Counted from the first letter of the stretch, positions 1 to 9,718 are shown. The stretch: DNA of 32,000 nucleotides from Pseudodesulfovibrio mercurii (GCF_000189295.2 NC_016803.1:1050001-1082000), one strand, 5' to 3'. Made by a program: numbers and translations. Notes: generated by a model not told the origin, from the sequence alone.

Positions 1-352
1 TTTCTTTTGTCGCTGGCAAGGTTCGGCGCATCTCCTCCCGGCACTACGGGTGCGCGGGGACAGCCCCCCGCCCCGGCCTCTTCCCCTGCCGCCCCCGGCC
101 ATTCCCTCCCTGACCATTGCGGCCTGATCGGGACACTCCCCAGGCCGAAGCGGACTTTCCTTGTAAAAAAGCCAATAACTCGCTATGGCGTTATCATCAG
201 GTTCCTTTTGATCGCGGACGCTCCCGGGATTGCCGGGGCATCCGCGCGGACGGTCGGGCACGGCATCCCTCCGGCAGGCGGCGTGACGTGGCTCGCGGCA
301 TCGCGTTCCCCGCTCCTCACGACATGGCCATATCCAAACAGAGGTCCATTCC

Positions 353-1960
353 ATGGCAGTCATAACGCCCCGCGATCTGGAAAACGGGAAGACCCTCGAA
401 GCGGACATCTGCATCTGCGGATCGGGACCGGCGGGCATCAGCCTGGCCCACGCCCTGGAGGGCTCCGGCCGCTCCGTCTGCATCGTCGAAAGCGGCATCG
501 ACAAACCCAACGAGGAAATACAGCATCTCAACGACCTGGAGAACGTGGGCTTCCCCCTGCGTCCGCACTTCGTCAACCGGCTGCGGATGATCGGCGGCAC
601 ATCGAACCTGTGGCCCGGCAGGTGCGTCCGCCTGGACCCCATCGACTTCGAGCGGCGGCCGTGGGTCCCCTTCAGCGGCTGGCCGCTCGCCTACGCCGAA
701 TACACGGCCTACATGCGCAGGGCCGCACCCCTGCTGCGCCTGCCCGAGCCGTGCCCCGAATCCCCGCTGGCGGACGGCGGGAGTCCGTCCCACATACCCG
801 GTCCCGAGGCCTGGGACGCGGCGGGCCTGGACGCGACCGAAGGGCTGTGGGCCAAGGCCCCGGCCCGGTTCTGGCCGATCTTCCGGAAACGGCTCACCCG
901 GTCCTCGGGCGTGACGCTCATCGCCGACCTGACCCTCACAGGGCTCGACTTCAGCGACGACGGCGGCCACGTGACGTCCCTGGAGACCCGCGACCGCTCC
1001 GGCAGGCGGTTCACCGTCCGCGCCGGGCAGTACATCCTGGCCATGGGCGGGCTGGAAAACACCCGCACCCTGCTGCTCGCCGCGGAGCGAAACGCGCAGG
1101 CCCGGATACCCCGCGCGCCCCTGGGCAAGTATTACATGGACCACCCCAAGACCACCTGCGGCCGGATAGAACTCGCCGAGGGGGTGGACTGGCGCCGGCT
1201 GGTCGGCCGCCACGCCGTGCCCGGCGGAAGACGCCAGCTGCTCTTCCGGCTGTCCCCCGAGACGCAGCGCCGCGAAGGGCTGCTCAATGCCTACGTCAAT
1301 CTGGAGCCCAGCTATTCGGGCGGTACCGAGGCCAACTACAACCGGACCATCGAAATCCTCAAGCGGCTGCTCCGCAAGGGACACGTGGGCAACCGCCTGG
1401 ACCTCTCGGAGATGGAGGGGATGCGCGACCTCATCTACCAGCTCACGCCCGACGAGATAGTGCCCTACCCGGTCTATCGCCTGCTCCAGTTCGTGAAGCA
1501 GCATCTGAAAAAGCCGCCCCGGCATCTGGTCATCGTCAACCACTGCGAACAGATACCCAACGAAAACAGCAAGATATCGCTCTCCGACCAACGCGACCGG
1601 TTCGACAACCCGCGCATCCGGCTGCACTGGGAGGTGGTCCCGGCGGAGATCGAGACCCTGGCCCGCCTGCAAACACATCTCGCCGACTTCCTGGAGCAAA
1701 ACGGGATCGGCAAGCTGGTGACCGACGTCTCCGAACTGTCCGGCTCCCACTACACGGACGCGTCCCACCACATGGGCGGGACGCGCATGAGCGCGGACCG
1801 GGAGACCGGCGTGGTGGACGAACATCTCGCGGTGCACGGCGTGGACAACCTGCACGTGCTCGGCAGCTCCGTCTTCCCGACCGGAGGCGCCGCGAACCCG
1901 ACCTGGTCCATCGTCGCCCTGGCCCTGCGCCTGGCGGACCGGCTGACGGACAGCACCTAG
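353..1960 (+). CDS. GMC-family FAD-dependent oxidoreductase
   Basis: 535-aa ORF with ATG at 353 after AGAGG. N-terminal Rossmann motif DICICGSGPAGISLA...CIVESG. C-terminal GMC-type region HHMGGTRMS...VHGVDNLHVLGSSVFPTGGAANPTWSIVALALRLAD. Confidence 0.85.
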   Translation: MAVITPRDLENGKTLEADICICGSGPAGISLAHALEGSGRSVCIVESGIDKPNEEIQHLNDLENVGFPLRPHFVNRLRMIGGTSNLWPGRCVRLDPIDFERRPWVPFSGWPLAYAEYTAYMRRAAPLLRLPEPCPESPLADGGSPSHIPGPEAWDAAGLDATEGLWAKAPARFWPIFRKRLTRSSGVTLIADLTLTGLDFSDDGGHVTSLETRDRSGRRFTVRAGQYILAMGGLENTRTLLLAAERNAQARIPRAPLGKYYMDHPKTTCGRIELAEGVDWRRLVGRHAVPGGRRQLLFRLSPETQRREGLLNAYVNLEPSYSGGTEANYNRTIEILKRLLRKGHVGNRLDLSEMEGMRDLIYQLTPDEIVPYPVYRLLQFVKQHLKKPPRHLVIVNHCEQIPNENSKISLSDQRDRFDNPRIRLHWEVVPAEIETLARLQTHLADFLEQNGIGKLVTDVSELSGSHYTDASHHMGGTRMSADRETGVVDEHLAVHGVDNLHVLGSSVFPTGGAANPTWSIVALALRLADRLTDST

Positions 1961-2011
1961 GACACGGACCGGAACGACAACCAAGCAACACAACAACCGG
2001 AGAGGCCCGCC

Positions 2012-3553
2012 ATGAACCCCGTCTACATTCTCGGCCTGGATGCCTACGACCACGTGCTCATGAAGCAATGGGCGGCGGAAGGCGCGCTCCCCCATCTCGC
2101 CGAGCTCCTCGACTCCGGCCCCTACTGGGACCTGCACGGCTCCACCGAGGTGTTGCAGGGGTCCATCTGGCCGGGCTTCGCCACGAGCGCCGATCCCGGA
2201 CGGCACGGCATGTATTTCGTCTACCAAATGAAGCCCGGCTCTTACTCCCTGGCCAAGATGCGGGCCGACGACATGCGGGCCGAGCCGTTCTGGAACGCGG
2301 CCTGCGCGGCGGGCCTCGAGACCGTGGTCCTCGACGTGCCCAAGGTCGCCCTGGGCGCGCACCCCCGGCTGGTCCAGGTCGTCGAGTACGGGGCCATGGA
2401 CCACTACTCGCGCTATGCCAGCCATCCCCGCGCCCTGGCCGGGCGGCTGCGCGCGACACACGGCGAGCACGTGCTCCTCAAGCCGTTCCGGCAGCCCGTG
2501 ACGGACGACCAGTCACGGGACCTCCTGGCGGGGCTCCTTCGCGGGGTGCGGCAAAAGAACGCACTAGGCATGGAGCTGATCGAGGAACACGACCCCCGGC
2601 TCTTTATCTCGGTCTTCGGGGAGGCCCATGCGGCCGGGCATCATTTCTGGGCCCTGATGGACGGGCAGGCGGGACAATCCGGCGATCCCGCGCTCCGCCG
2701 GGCGCTGAAGGAGATCTACGTCGCGCTGGACCAGGCGGTCGGCGATTTCATCAAGCGGTACGCGTCCAGGGCGAACATCCTGCTGGTGTCCGGCCACGGC
2801 ATGGACCGCGACGAGCGCTCGCACTGGGTCATGGACGACGTGCTGATCCATCTCGGCCTGCTCTCCATGCCCGGCAGGCCCGACCCGGCGCGGGAGCCAC
2901 GGGGCAACGCACGGCGGCCCGTCCGGGGCGGACTGCTCAAGCGGTTGGACCTCGGCCTGCGGCGGCTGGTCAAGGAATACGCCCCGGCGGCCGTCACGGA
3001 CCGGATTCATCTCATGTTGCAGCAACGGAAGGGCGTGGACCACGCCCGTTCCATCGCCTGGTCGCTGCCCTCGGACCACCAGGGCTGCATCCGGCTCAAC
3101 GTCAGGGGCAGGGAGCCCCAGGGGATCATCGACCCGGTGGACTACGCCGGGACCGTGGACAACATCGTCGAGCAGATCGGTCGGCTGGTCAACGCGGACA
3201 CCGGCAACCCCATCGCGGAAAGGATATTCAAGATTCAGGAGACCTATGCCGGGGGCGCACACCTCGACGTCCTGCCCGACATCTCCGTCCTGTGGCGGAA
3301 TGAGCCCATCAACCGCGTCCGGCATCCGCAAAGGGGCGAATTCGCGGTCTCGCGGGCCCCCTGGGGGGTCCGGTGCGGCAATCACCGGCTGGAGGGGTTC
3401 TGCCTGGCCACGGGGCCGGACATCCGCAATGGCGGCCACGCGGGCGAGGCGGACCTCCAGGACATCGGCGCCAGCGCCCTGTCGCTGCTGGGGGTGCCCG
3501 TTCCCGACGCCCTGGAAAGCGTTCCCCTGCCCCACCTGCTCGCGGAAGATTAG
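2012..3553 (+). CDS. Alkaline-phosphatase-superfamily protein (type I phosphodiesterase/nucleotide pyrophosphatase-like)
   Basis: 513-aa ORF with ATG at 2012 after GGAGAGG. N-terminal YILGLDAYD...LPHLAELL..G block and later LLVSGHGM resemble the metal-ligand layout of this family. Protein-like composition, unlike the overlapping shadow ORFs. Family assignment is from memory only. Confidence 0.55.
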   Translation: MNPVYILGLDAYDHVLMKQWAAEGALPHLAELLDSGPYWDLHGSTEVLQGSIWPGFATSADPGRHGMYFVYQMKPGSYSLAKMRADDMRAEPFWNAACAAGLETVVLDVPKVALGAHPRLVQVVEYGAMDHYSRYASHPRALAGRLRATHGEHVLLKPFRQPVTDDQSRDLLAGLLRGVRQKNALGMELIEEHDPRLFISVFGEAHAAGHHFWALMDGQAGQSGDPALRRALKEIYVALDQAVGDFIKRYASRANILLVSGHGMDRDERSHWVMDDVLIHLGLLSMPGRPDPAREPRGNARRPVRGGLLKRLDLGLRRLVKEYAPAAVTDRIHLMLQQRKGVDHARSIAWSLPSDHQGCIRLNVRGREPQGIIDPVDYAGTVDNIVEQIGRLVNADTGNPIAERIFKIQETYAGGAHLDVLPDISVLWRNEPINRVRHPQRGEFAVSRAPWGVRCGNHRLEGFCLATGPDIRNGGHAGEADLQDIGASALSLLGVPVPDALESVPLPHLLAED

Positions 3554-3562
3554 GAGGTCGCC

Positions 3563-4621
3563 ATGGAATCGACAACGGTCCCGGTCAGCGTGCTCCTGTG
3601 CGTCCATAACGGCGACCGCTATGTCGCCGAGGCCATCGAGAGCATCCTGTCGCAGACCCTGTCCCGCTTCGAGTTCGTCATCGTGGACGACGCCTCGACG
3701 AACGGCACCCCCGCCCTCCTCGACGGTTTCGCCCGGCGGAACCCGCGCATCCGCCTCTTCCGGCTGGAGGAAAACCAGGGGCTGACCAGGGCCCTCAATT
3801 ACGGCCTCGAGCAGTGCACCGGCAAATACATCGCCCGCATCGACGACGACGACCGCAGCCTGCCGGACCGGCTGCAACGCCAGTTCGATTTCCTGGAACA
3901 ACATCCCGACCACGTGGCCGTGGCCTGCGGGCATCACGTCATCGACGAGACCGGCAGAATCGTGAGCAGCACGGACGAGGCCCTGGACAGCTGGCAGATA
4001 CGCTGGATCGGCGGGTTCAACCCTCCCGCGCCGCACCCCACCTATTTCTTCCACCGCCTGGCCCCCGACGGCAGCGCCTTCCGCTACGATCCCGTCTACC
4101 GGACCGCCCAGGACTTCGACCTGTGGTCGCGCATGGCCATGCAGGGAGAAACCGCCGTCCTCGGCGACATACTGGTCGAATACCGGCGGCACCCGGCCGC
4201 GATCACCGTCAGCAAGCGGAGGGAGCAGGCCGCCAATTGCCGCAGGATCGGCGAGACCAATCTCCGCAACCGGCTCCCCGAAGGGCTGTTGGCGGACCTG
4301 GAGCCCCTGCTGGACATGTGGGATTACACGCGCAAGGCGGACCCGGAGGGGATCAGGAGGGCCGTGGCGGGCGTCAACGGAATGCTGGCCCACGACCTCC
4401 CCCATGCCCCCGACCCCGCACACAGGCGCTGGACGCGGCGCATGGCCGCGGGGCTGCTCGCCGACGCGCTGCTGTCACGGGGCGGCGGGCTGCACAGCGT
4501 GCGGCACACGCTGACCTTCCTGCGTTGCGCGTTCAGACACCTGCCCTTCCTGGCCTACGCCGCCGGCAAGGCTCCGAGGATCGCCCTCAAATCGTTCAGG
4601 GCCGTGAGCAGGGAGCACTGA
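3563..4621 (+). CDS. Family 2 glycosyltransferase
   Basis: 352-aa ORF with AGGAGG 7 nt upstream and a 9-nt gap from the previous gene. GT-A N-terminus VSVLLCVHNGDRYVAEAIESILSQT..FEFVIVDDASTNGT and acidic ARIDDDD motif. Confidence 0.85.
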   Translation: MESTTVPVSVLLCVHNGDRYVAEAIESILSQTLSRFEFVIVDDASTNGTPALLDGFARRNPRIRLFRLEENQGLTRALNYGLEQCTGKYIARIDDDDRSLPDRLQRQFDFLEQHPDHVAVACGHHVIDETGRIVSSTDEALDSWQIRWIGGFNPPAPHPTYFFHRLAPDGSAFRYDPVYRTAQDFDLWSRMAMQGETAVLGDILVEYRRHPAAITVSKRREQAANCRRIGETNLRNRLPEGLLADLEPLLDMWDYTRKADPEGIRRAVAGVNGMLAHDLPHAPDPAHRRWTRRMAAGLLADALLSRGGGLHSVRHTLTFLRCAFRHLPFLAYAAGKAPRIALKSFRAVSREH

Positions 4622-4646
4622 GGCGGCTCCCCGCCGATCACCCGGC

Positions 4647-5741
4647 CTAGAGGGCCCAAGGCCGACCCTTGCGGGCGGCGATGGCGGTGTATTCGTCGAT
4701 CTGCCCCAGGCAGACCTCCCCGGCGTCCAGGGCCCGGCCCAGGAACGGCCCGTAGCCGCGCATGGTCATGTCCACGGTTCGCTCCAATTCCAGGACCCCC
4801 TTCCACTGGAGGTACAGCGCGGCCTTGTCGCCGCACAGCTTGAGCATGCCCGCCTCATGCGGCCCGCGTCCCCGGTCGGACACATCACGCCAGCTGCCCA
4901 TGCCGCTCAGACAGTGGATGGTCTCCACCAGGGTCTCCACGGAGCAGGCGTTATCCAGGGGGGCGAAATTCCAGGGACCGGCGAAACCGGCCGGGTCCCG
5001 GGCCAGCTTGACGGCCAGCCAGAGATAGCCGCTCAAGGGCTCGAGCACGTGCTGCCACGGGCGCACGGCGTGGGGCATGCGGACCTCCAGGGGGTGGCCG
5101 TCGCGCACGGCCCGGACATAGTCCGGCACCAGCCTGTGCGCGCCGAAGTCGCCGCCGCCGAGGACGTTGCCCGCCCTGGCCGTGGCCGCGCCCACGCGCC
5201 CCTCGGGAATGAAGAAGGAGCGGTTCCAGGAGTCGCAGACGATCTCCATGGCCCCCTTGGAGGCGCTGTACGGGTCGTGCCCGCCCAGAGGATCGGTCTC
5301 GCGGTAGCCCCAGGGCTGTTCCCGGTTGTCGTAGCACTTGTCCGAGCTCACGGAGACCAGGGCGCGCACGGAGTCGGTCCGGCGGACCGCCTCCAGGACG
5401 TTGGCCGAGCCGATCACGTTGGTCCGCAGGGTGTCCATGGGGCGATCATAGGCGTCGAGGACCAGGCCACGGGCCGCCAGGTGGAAGACCACCTCGGGAC
5501 GGCTCTCGGCCATGGCCCGCTCCAGCCTTTCGGCATCGAGGATGTCCCCGGCGACGTGGCGGATGCGCTTGGCCACCCCGGCGGCCTCGAACAGGTTGGG
5601 CTCGGACGGTGCGGCCAGGGAATATCCGGTGACCTCCGCGCCCAGGGAATGGAGCCAGAGGGCGAGCCAGGCGCCCTTGAACCCGGTATGGCCGGTCAGG
5701 AAGACCTTGCGGCCTTGGTAGAAATCGGAAAACGGAGACAT
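4647..5741 (-). CDS. rfbG: CDP-glucose 4,6-dehydratase
   Basis: 364-aa ORF. N-terminus FYQGRKVFLTGHTGFKGAWLALWL (GxxGxxG NAD site) and short-chain dehydrogenase/reductase (SDR) catalytic PYSASKGA (Y-x3-K). Length and layout are typical of RfbG. Confidence 0.8.
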   Translation of the reverse strand: MSPFSDFYQGRKVFLTGHTGFKGAWLALWLHSLGAEVTGYSLAAPSEPNLFEAAGVAKRIRHVAGDILDAERLERAMAESRPEVVFHLAARGLVLDAYDRPMDTLRTNVIGSANVLEAVRRTDSVRALVSVSSDKCYDNREQPWGYRETDPLGGHDPYSASKGAMEIVCDSWNRSFFIPEGRVGAATARAGNVLGGGDFGAHRLVPDYVRAVRDGHPLEVRMPHAVRPWQHVLEPLSGYLWLAVKLARDPAGFAGPWNFAPLDNACSVETLVETIHCLSGMGSWRDVSDRGRGPHEAGMLKLCGDKAALYLQWKGVLELERTVDMTMRGYGPFLGRALDAGEVCLGQIDEYTAIAARKGRPWAL

Positions 5742-5976
5742 GCTGGTACCAGAGGGGGCCGTGCCCGAACCCCGCGACTATGCTGAAGTGATGGCGGTGA
5801 TATGGTCCATCCGGGGACCTCGGGGAGCCGCCGCGGGCAGGCGCTCCCGGTTCTGTCCGGGCGCTCGACGGTTCCGACGGGCCTCGACGACAAGGCCGTC
5901 CGCAGCGCGGATATGCCCCCAAACGCGGCGGCAGTCAATGACCGGGAACGGCCCGGCGTCCCCGGCGCGACGGCCG

Positions 5977-6008
5977 AAAAAGAGGGGCATCCCCTCTGGG
6001 ATGCCCCT
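5977..6008 (-). terminator. Rho-independent terminator downstream of mop
   Basis: On the minus strand: AGGGGCATCCC-AGAG-GGGATGCCCCT (11-bp perfect stem) followed by CTTTTTC, 30 nt after the mop stop. Confidence 0.65.
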
Positions 6009-6037
6009 GGCCGTCGTCCGGAACCGGACGGAACGGG

Positions 6038-6247
6038 TTAATCCTTGGCGACCATGACGCTGGTGGCCTTGACCATGGCCTCGACCGCGTCGCCGACCTT
6101 GATGTCCATGCGCTCCACCGAGTTCTTGGTGATGACGGAGACGATTTCCACGCCCGGGGCGATCTCGATGACCACTTCGGCATTGACCATGCCCACGGTC
6201 ACGCTCTTGACCTTGCCGGGGATCAGGTTTCTGGCGCTCAACTTCAT
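6038..6247 (-). CDS. mop: Molybdate-binding TOBE-domain protein (molbindin/Mop)
   Basis: 69-aa ORF with GGAGG upstream. MKLSARNLIPGKVKSV...VVIEIAPGVEIVSVITKNSVERMDIKVGDAVEAMVKATSVMV is the classic single TOBE/Mop fold sequence (SARN start). Confidence 0.85.
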   Translation of the reverse strand: MKLSARNLIPGKVKSVTVGMVNAEVVIEIAPGVEIVSVITKNSVERMDIKVGDAVEAMVKATSVMVAKD

Positions 6248-6420
6248 GACGAACCTCCAATGGTTGGTTGTTTATGATCACCATATCCTTTCAAACGAAC
6301 AAAAAAAGACCTTTTCCACATTTTCCACGACCGCGCAGCGCCGTCCGGCCCGGCCCCGCCGACCGCCGGAAGTCCCGGCCGACACTGGATATCCGATAAG
6401 GCATCTGATAGGGAAACGCG

Positions 6421-7524
6421 ATGTTCGGCCCCTTTCTCCTGGTTGCGGCGGCGTTCATGGCCGCCTACGTGTTCCAGCGCATGGACCGCCTGCCCCTGCT
6501 GGGGACGGTGCGCGATCCGGTCCGCCTGGGCCTGGCCCTGGCTGTCTGGCTGTTCATCGCCGTGTCCCGCGCCGTGGGCAACGTCAATTTCGGGCCGTGG
6601 TCCATGGCCATGGAGACCGCCGGCCTAACCCTGCTCATCGTCCTGTTCCTGACCGCCGTGCTCCTGGCCGGGGTGGACCTGCTGACCGGCTTCGGCCTGT
6701 TCATGCCCCGCCTGGCCCCGAAACTGCGCGGCCTGGCCGTGATCGCCGGGCTGGTCCTGTCCGGCGTGGCCCTGGCCCAGGGCATGCGCGCCCCGGTGAT
6801 CACCGAATACGAGGTCGCCCTGCCCGGCCTGCCGAAGGCCCTCGACGGGCTGGTGGTGGCCGCCGTGTCCGACCTGCATGCGGGCACCCAACTCGGCCCG
6901 GACTGGCTCGGGGCGTGCGCGGACCGGATCGCGGCCCTCGCCCCGGACATGATCGTGCTCCTGGGCGACACCGTGGAGGGGCACTCGCGACGGCTGGACG
7001 AGCTCCTGCCCGCCCTGCGCCGCTTCCGCGCCCCGCTCGGAGTCTTCGCCGTGGCCGGAAACCACGAGAACCACGGCCCAGACGCCCCGGAAAAATCCCT
7101 GAAACTCCTCACCGAGGCAGGATTCACGGTCCTGGCGAACCGCTGGGCCTCGCCCGCGCCCGGCCTGGTGGTGGCCGGAGTGGAGGACCTGGCCACCCTG
7201 CGGCGGCGCGGCCTGGACGCCGACCCCCTGCCCACGGCCCTGGCCAACCGCCCGGCCGGGGCGACCATCCTGCTTTCCCACACGCCCCTGCGCTATGAGC
7301 AGGCCGCGTCCCTCGGGGTCGGGCTGATGCTCTCCGGACACACCCACGGCGGCCAGGTCTGGCCCTTCAATTACGTGGTCCGCCTGCTCTATCCCCTGGT
7401 GGAGGGGCGTTTCGCCATCGGCTCCATGACGCTCATCGTCAGCCGGGGGGCAGGCCTGTGGGGCGTGCGCATGCGCCTGTGGAAACCGGGCGAAATCCTC
7501 AGGATCACCCTGCGCTCGAAATGA
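6421..7524 (+). CDS. Membrane-anchored metallophosphoesterase
   Basis: 367 aa with about four N-terminal hydrophobic helices. Calcineurin-like motifs follow: VSDLHAG, LGDTVEG, AGNHENH, SGHTHGGQ. Confidence 0.8.
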   Translation: MFGPFLLVAAAFMAAYVFQRMDRLPLLGTVRDPVRLGLALAVWLFIAVSRAVGNVNFGPWSMAMETAGLTLLIVLFLTAVLLAGVDLLTGFGLFMPRLAPKLRGLAVIAGLVLSGVALAQGMRAPVITEYEVALPGLPKALDGLVVAAVSDLHAGTQLGPDWLGACADRIAALAPDMIVLLGDTVEGHSRRLDELLPALRRFRAPLGVFAVAGNHENHGPDAPEKSLKLLTEAGFTVLANRWASPAPGLVVAGVEDLATLRRRGLDADPLPTALANRPAGATILLSHTPLRYEQAASLGVGLMLSGHTHGGQVWPFNYVVRLLYPLVEGRFAIGSMTLIVSRGAGLWGVRMRLWKPGEILRITLRSK

Positions 7525-7526
7525 GC

Positions 7527-7552
7527 GCGCCCGGCGTGTGACCGCCGGGCGC
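7527..7552. terminator. GC-rich hairpin between convergent genes (possible bidirectional terminator)
   Basis: GCGCCCGGCG-TGTGAC-CGCCGGGCGC is a perfect 10-bp stem. No strong U-tract on either side; the minus strand follows with TCATTT. Confidence 0.4.
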
Positions 7553-7571
7553 AACAGATTCCTTCGCCTGC

Positions 7572-8324
7572 TCATCCGCAGCCGAGCAGCGCGTGCCCGG
7601 CCATGGGCGGTTCCCCGGCATGGGCCGCCGAAGGCCCCTCGCCCCGGGCCAGGCCGGTCATGGCCAGACGGCGCTGAATGGCCTGCTGCTCCTTGAGCCA
7701 GTTGGGGGCGATGCGGCCGCTCTCCACGGCCATGATGGTGTCGCCCAGGAACAAGGCCTCGTCCAGGTCGTGGGTCACGTGCAGGATGGGGATGTTCAGC
7801 TCGCCCTTGAGTTCCTTGAGGCAACTGCGCAGGTTGCGCCGGTTGGCCACGTCCAGGGCCGAAAACGGTTCGTCCAGCAGGAGCAGGACCGGATCGCGGG
7901 CCAGGGCCTGACAAAAGGCCGCCCGCTGGCGTTCGCCGCCGGAGATGGCCGACGGCCTGCTCGACTCCAGGTGGCGGATGCCGAACATGGTCATGAGCTC
8001 GTCCACCCGGCGTTCGTCGGACGCGGCAAAGGCCACGTTCTTGCGCACGGTCAGATGCGGAAACAGGGTGTAGTCCTGAAAGACCAAGCTCAGGCCGCGC
8101 TTGCGGGCGGGCACGAAGATCCGCTTTTCCGCGTCGGCCCAGACCGTATCCTCGAAGACGATCCGGCCCGTGTCCGGACGTTCCAGCCCGGCCAGCAGCC
8201 GAACCAGGGTGGTCTTGCCCGCGCCCGAGGGCCCGATCACCGCGGTGATCTCGCCCGGCGCGCAGGAGAAGGCCAGGTCCAGGTCGAAGTGCTTCAACCG
8301 TTTGGTCATATCCACGTTGAGCAT
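7572..8324 (-). CDS. modC: Molybdate ABC transporter ATP-binding protein, short form without a C-terminal TOBE domain
   Basis: 250 aa. Walker A GPSGAGKT, signature ISGGERQR, Walker B LLLLDEPFSALD, H-loop VTHD. Start overlaps the modB stop (TAATG). Position in the modA-modB-modC order. Confidence 0.85.
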   Translation of the reverse strand: MLNVDMTKRLKHFDLDLAFSCAPGEITAVIGPSGAGKTTLVRLLAGLERPDTGRIVFEDTVWADAEKRIFVPARKRGLSLVFQDYTLFPHLTVRKNVAFAASDERRVDELMTMFGIRHLESSRPSAISGGERQRAAFCQALARDPVLLLLDEPFSALDVANRRNLRSCLKELKGELNIPILHVTHDLDEALFLGDTIMAVESGRIAPNWLKEQQAIQRRLAMTGLARGEGPSAAHAGEPPMAGHALLGCG

Positions 8325-8980
8325 TATGTGCGCCTCGCATTGATTTTGTTGATTATCAGCAGCACCGCGAAGCAGACGGGGATCAGGGCCGCCGACATGC
8401 GGAAGGCGTCGTCGAAGCGCAGGGCCTCGACCGCCTCGAAGATGGCCACCGAGGCAACCTGGGTCTGCCCCGGTATGCTGCCGCCGACCATGAGGATGAC
8501 GCCGAATTCACCCAGGCTGTGCGCGAAGACCAGAATGGACGCGGCGGCCAGTCCACCCAGGCAGTTGGGCAGGACGATGCGGAAGAAGGTCGACAGGGGC
8601 GACAGTCCCAGGACCGCCGCGCTTTCGAGCAGCCTCGGGTCCAGCTTTTCCAGGGAGGCACGCAGGGGCTGGACCGCGAACGGCAGGTTGAAGACCATGG
8701 AGGCCATGAGGATGCCGGGGAAGCTGAAGACCAGCCGGTTGCCGGTGACATCCTCCCACAATCCGCCCAGGTAGCCGCGCGGTCCCATGACCACGAGCAG
8801 GGCGAAGCCGAGCACCGTGGGCGGCATGACCATGGGCAGGGTGACGACGGCGTCGAGAAGGCTCTTGCCCTTGAACCTCCCGAAGGCCAGCAGGCTGGCC
8901 ATCGGGGAGGCCAAGATGGGAATGAGCAACATGGTCCAGAGGGCCAGCTTGGCCGACAGGATCAGTGGAGTCCAATCCAT
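8324..8980 (-). CDS. modB: Molybdate ABC transporter permease
   Basis: 218 aa with about five transmembrane (TM) segments. EAA-type loop ESAAVLGLSPLSTFFRIVLPN. Lies immediately downstream of modA with a 3-nt gap. Confidence 0.9.
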   Translation of the reverse strand: MDWTPLILSAKLALWTMLLIPILASPMASLLAFGRFKGKSLLDAVVTLPMVMPPTVLGFALLVVMGPRGYLGGLWEDVTGNRLVFSFPGILMASMVFNLPFAVQPLRASLEKLDPRLLESAAVLGLSPLSTFFRIVLPNCLGGLAAASILVFAHSLGEFGVILMVGGSIPGQTQVASVAIFEAVEALRFDDAFRMSAALIPVCFAVLLIINKINARRT

Positions 8981-8983
8981 GAG

Positions 8984-9718
8984 CTATTTATATCCGTACT
9001 TGATCTTCAGCGCCTGCACCTCGGGGGTGGCCAGGAACTTCACGAACTTGGCGGCCGCTTCGGGATGGGGAGCGGACTTGAGCACGCAGGCGGCCTGGAT
9101 GACCGGCGGGGCTTCGTCAACCACGGTGAAGCAGCCCTTCTTGCCTTCGTCGGTGAAGACCGAGGAGTAGGCGCAGAAGCCCACGTCGGCCGAGCCGGTG
9201 GAGGCGAACTGGAAGGCCTGGGAGATGGACTGGCCGAAGACCAGCTTGGGCTGGACCTTGTCCCAGATGCCCACGGCCTGCATGGCCTTCATGGACGAGG
9301 TGCCGTAGGGAGCGGTCTCGGTGTTGGCGATGGACACGCGCTTGACGGCCGGGTTGACCACCGTGGCCTTCCAGTCGCCGCCGCAGAAATTCTTGTCGTT
9401 GGACCACAGGACCACCTGGCCCTTGGCGTAGACGAAGGGCTCTTCGGCCAGGCCGTCGGCGAAGAGCTTGGCCGGGCGCTTCTCATCGGCGGCCATGAGC
9501 ATGTCGTAGGGCGCGTTGTTGACGATCTGGCCGTACAGCTTGCCGGTGGAGGCGTAGGTGGCCTCGACCTTGAGCCCGGTGGACTTCTCGAAGAGCGGGA
9601 TGATCTCCTTGAGCACCGGGGTGAAGTTGGCCGCCTGGGCGATAAACAGATCCGCGGCGAACGCCCCCGAGGGGACGAGCAGACAAAGGACAAGTATCAA
9701 TGAGCAAATGCGTTTCAT
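8984..9718 (-). CDS. modA: Periplasmic molybdate-binding protein
   Basis: 244 aa. Signal peptide MKRICSLILVLCLLVPSGAFA. ModA-like blocks AANFTPVL, ASTGKLYGQIVNGAPYD-like, IANTETAPYG. AGGAG Shine-Dalgarno (SD) sequence upstream. Confidence 0.9.
   Translation of the reverse strand: MKRICSLILVLCLLVPSGAFAADLFIAQAANFTPVLKEIIPLFEKSTGLKVEATYASTGKLYGQIVNNAPYDMLMAADEKRPAKLFADGLAEEPFVYAKGQVVLWSNDKNFCGGDWKATVVNPAVKRVSIANTETAPYGTSSMKAMQAVGIWDKVQPKLVFGQSISQAFQFASTGSADVGFCAYSSVFTDEGKKGCFTVVDEAPPVIQAACVLKSAPHPEAAAKFVKFLATPEVQALKIKYGYK

Noticed and set aside
7-3303. 1098-aa plus-strand ORF spanning the first 3.3 kb; the same applies to 317..2470(-) and 2564..4423(-).
   Set aside because: Composition is extreme in Arg, Pro, Gly and Ala, with no motifs. 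These ORFs overlap three recognisable genes read in other frames. Stop-poor shadow ORFs like these are typical of high-GC DNA.
6045-9703. ORFs 6045..7298(+), 6625..8340(-), 7593..8774(+) and 8519..9703(+), overlapping the mop, phosphoesterase and modCBA genes.
   Set aside because: They are out-of-frame or antisense shadows of well-supported genes, with Arg/Pro/Gly-rich composition.
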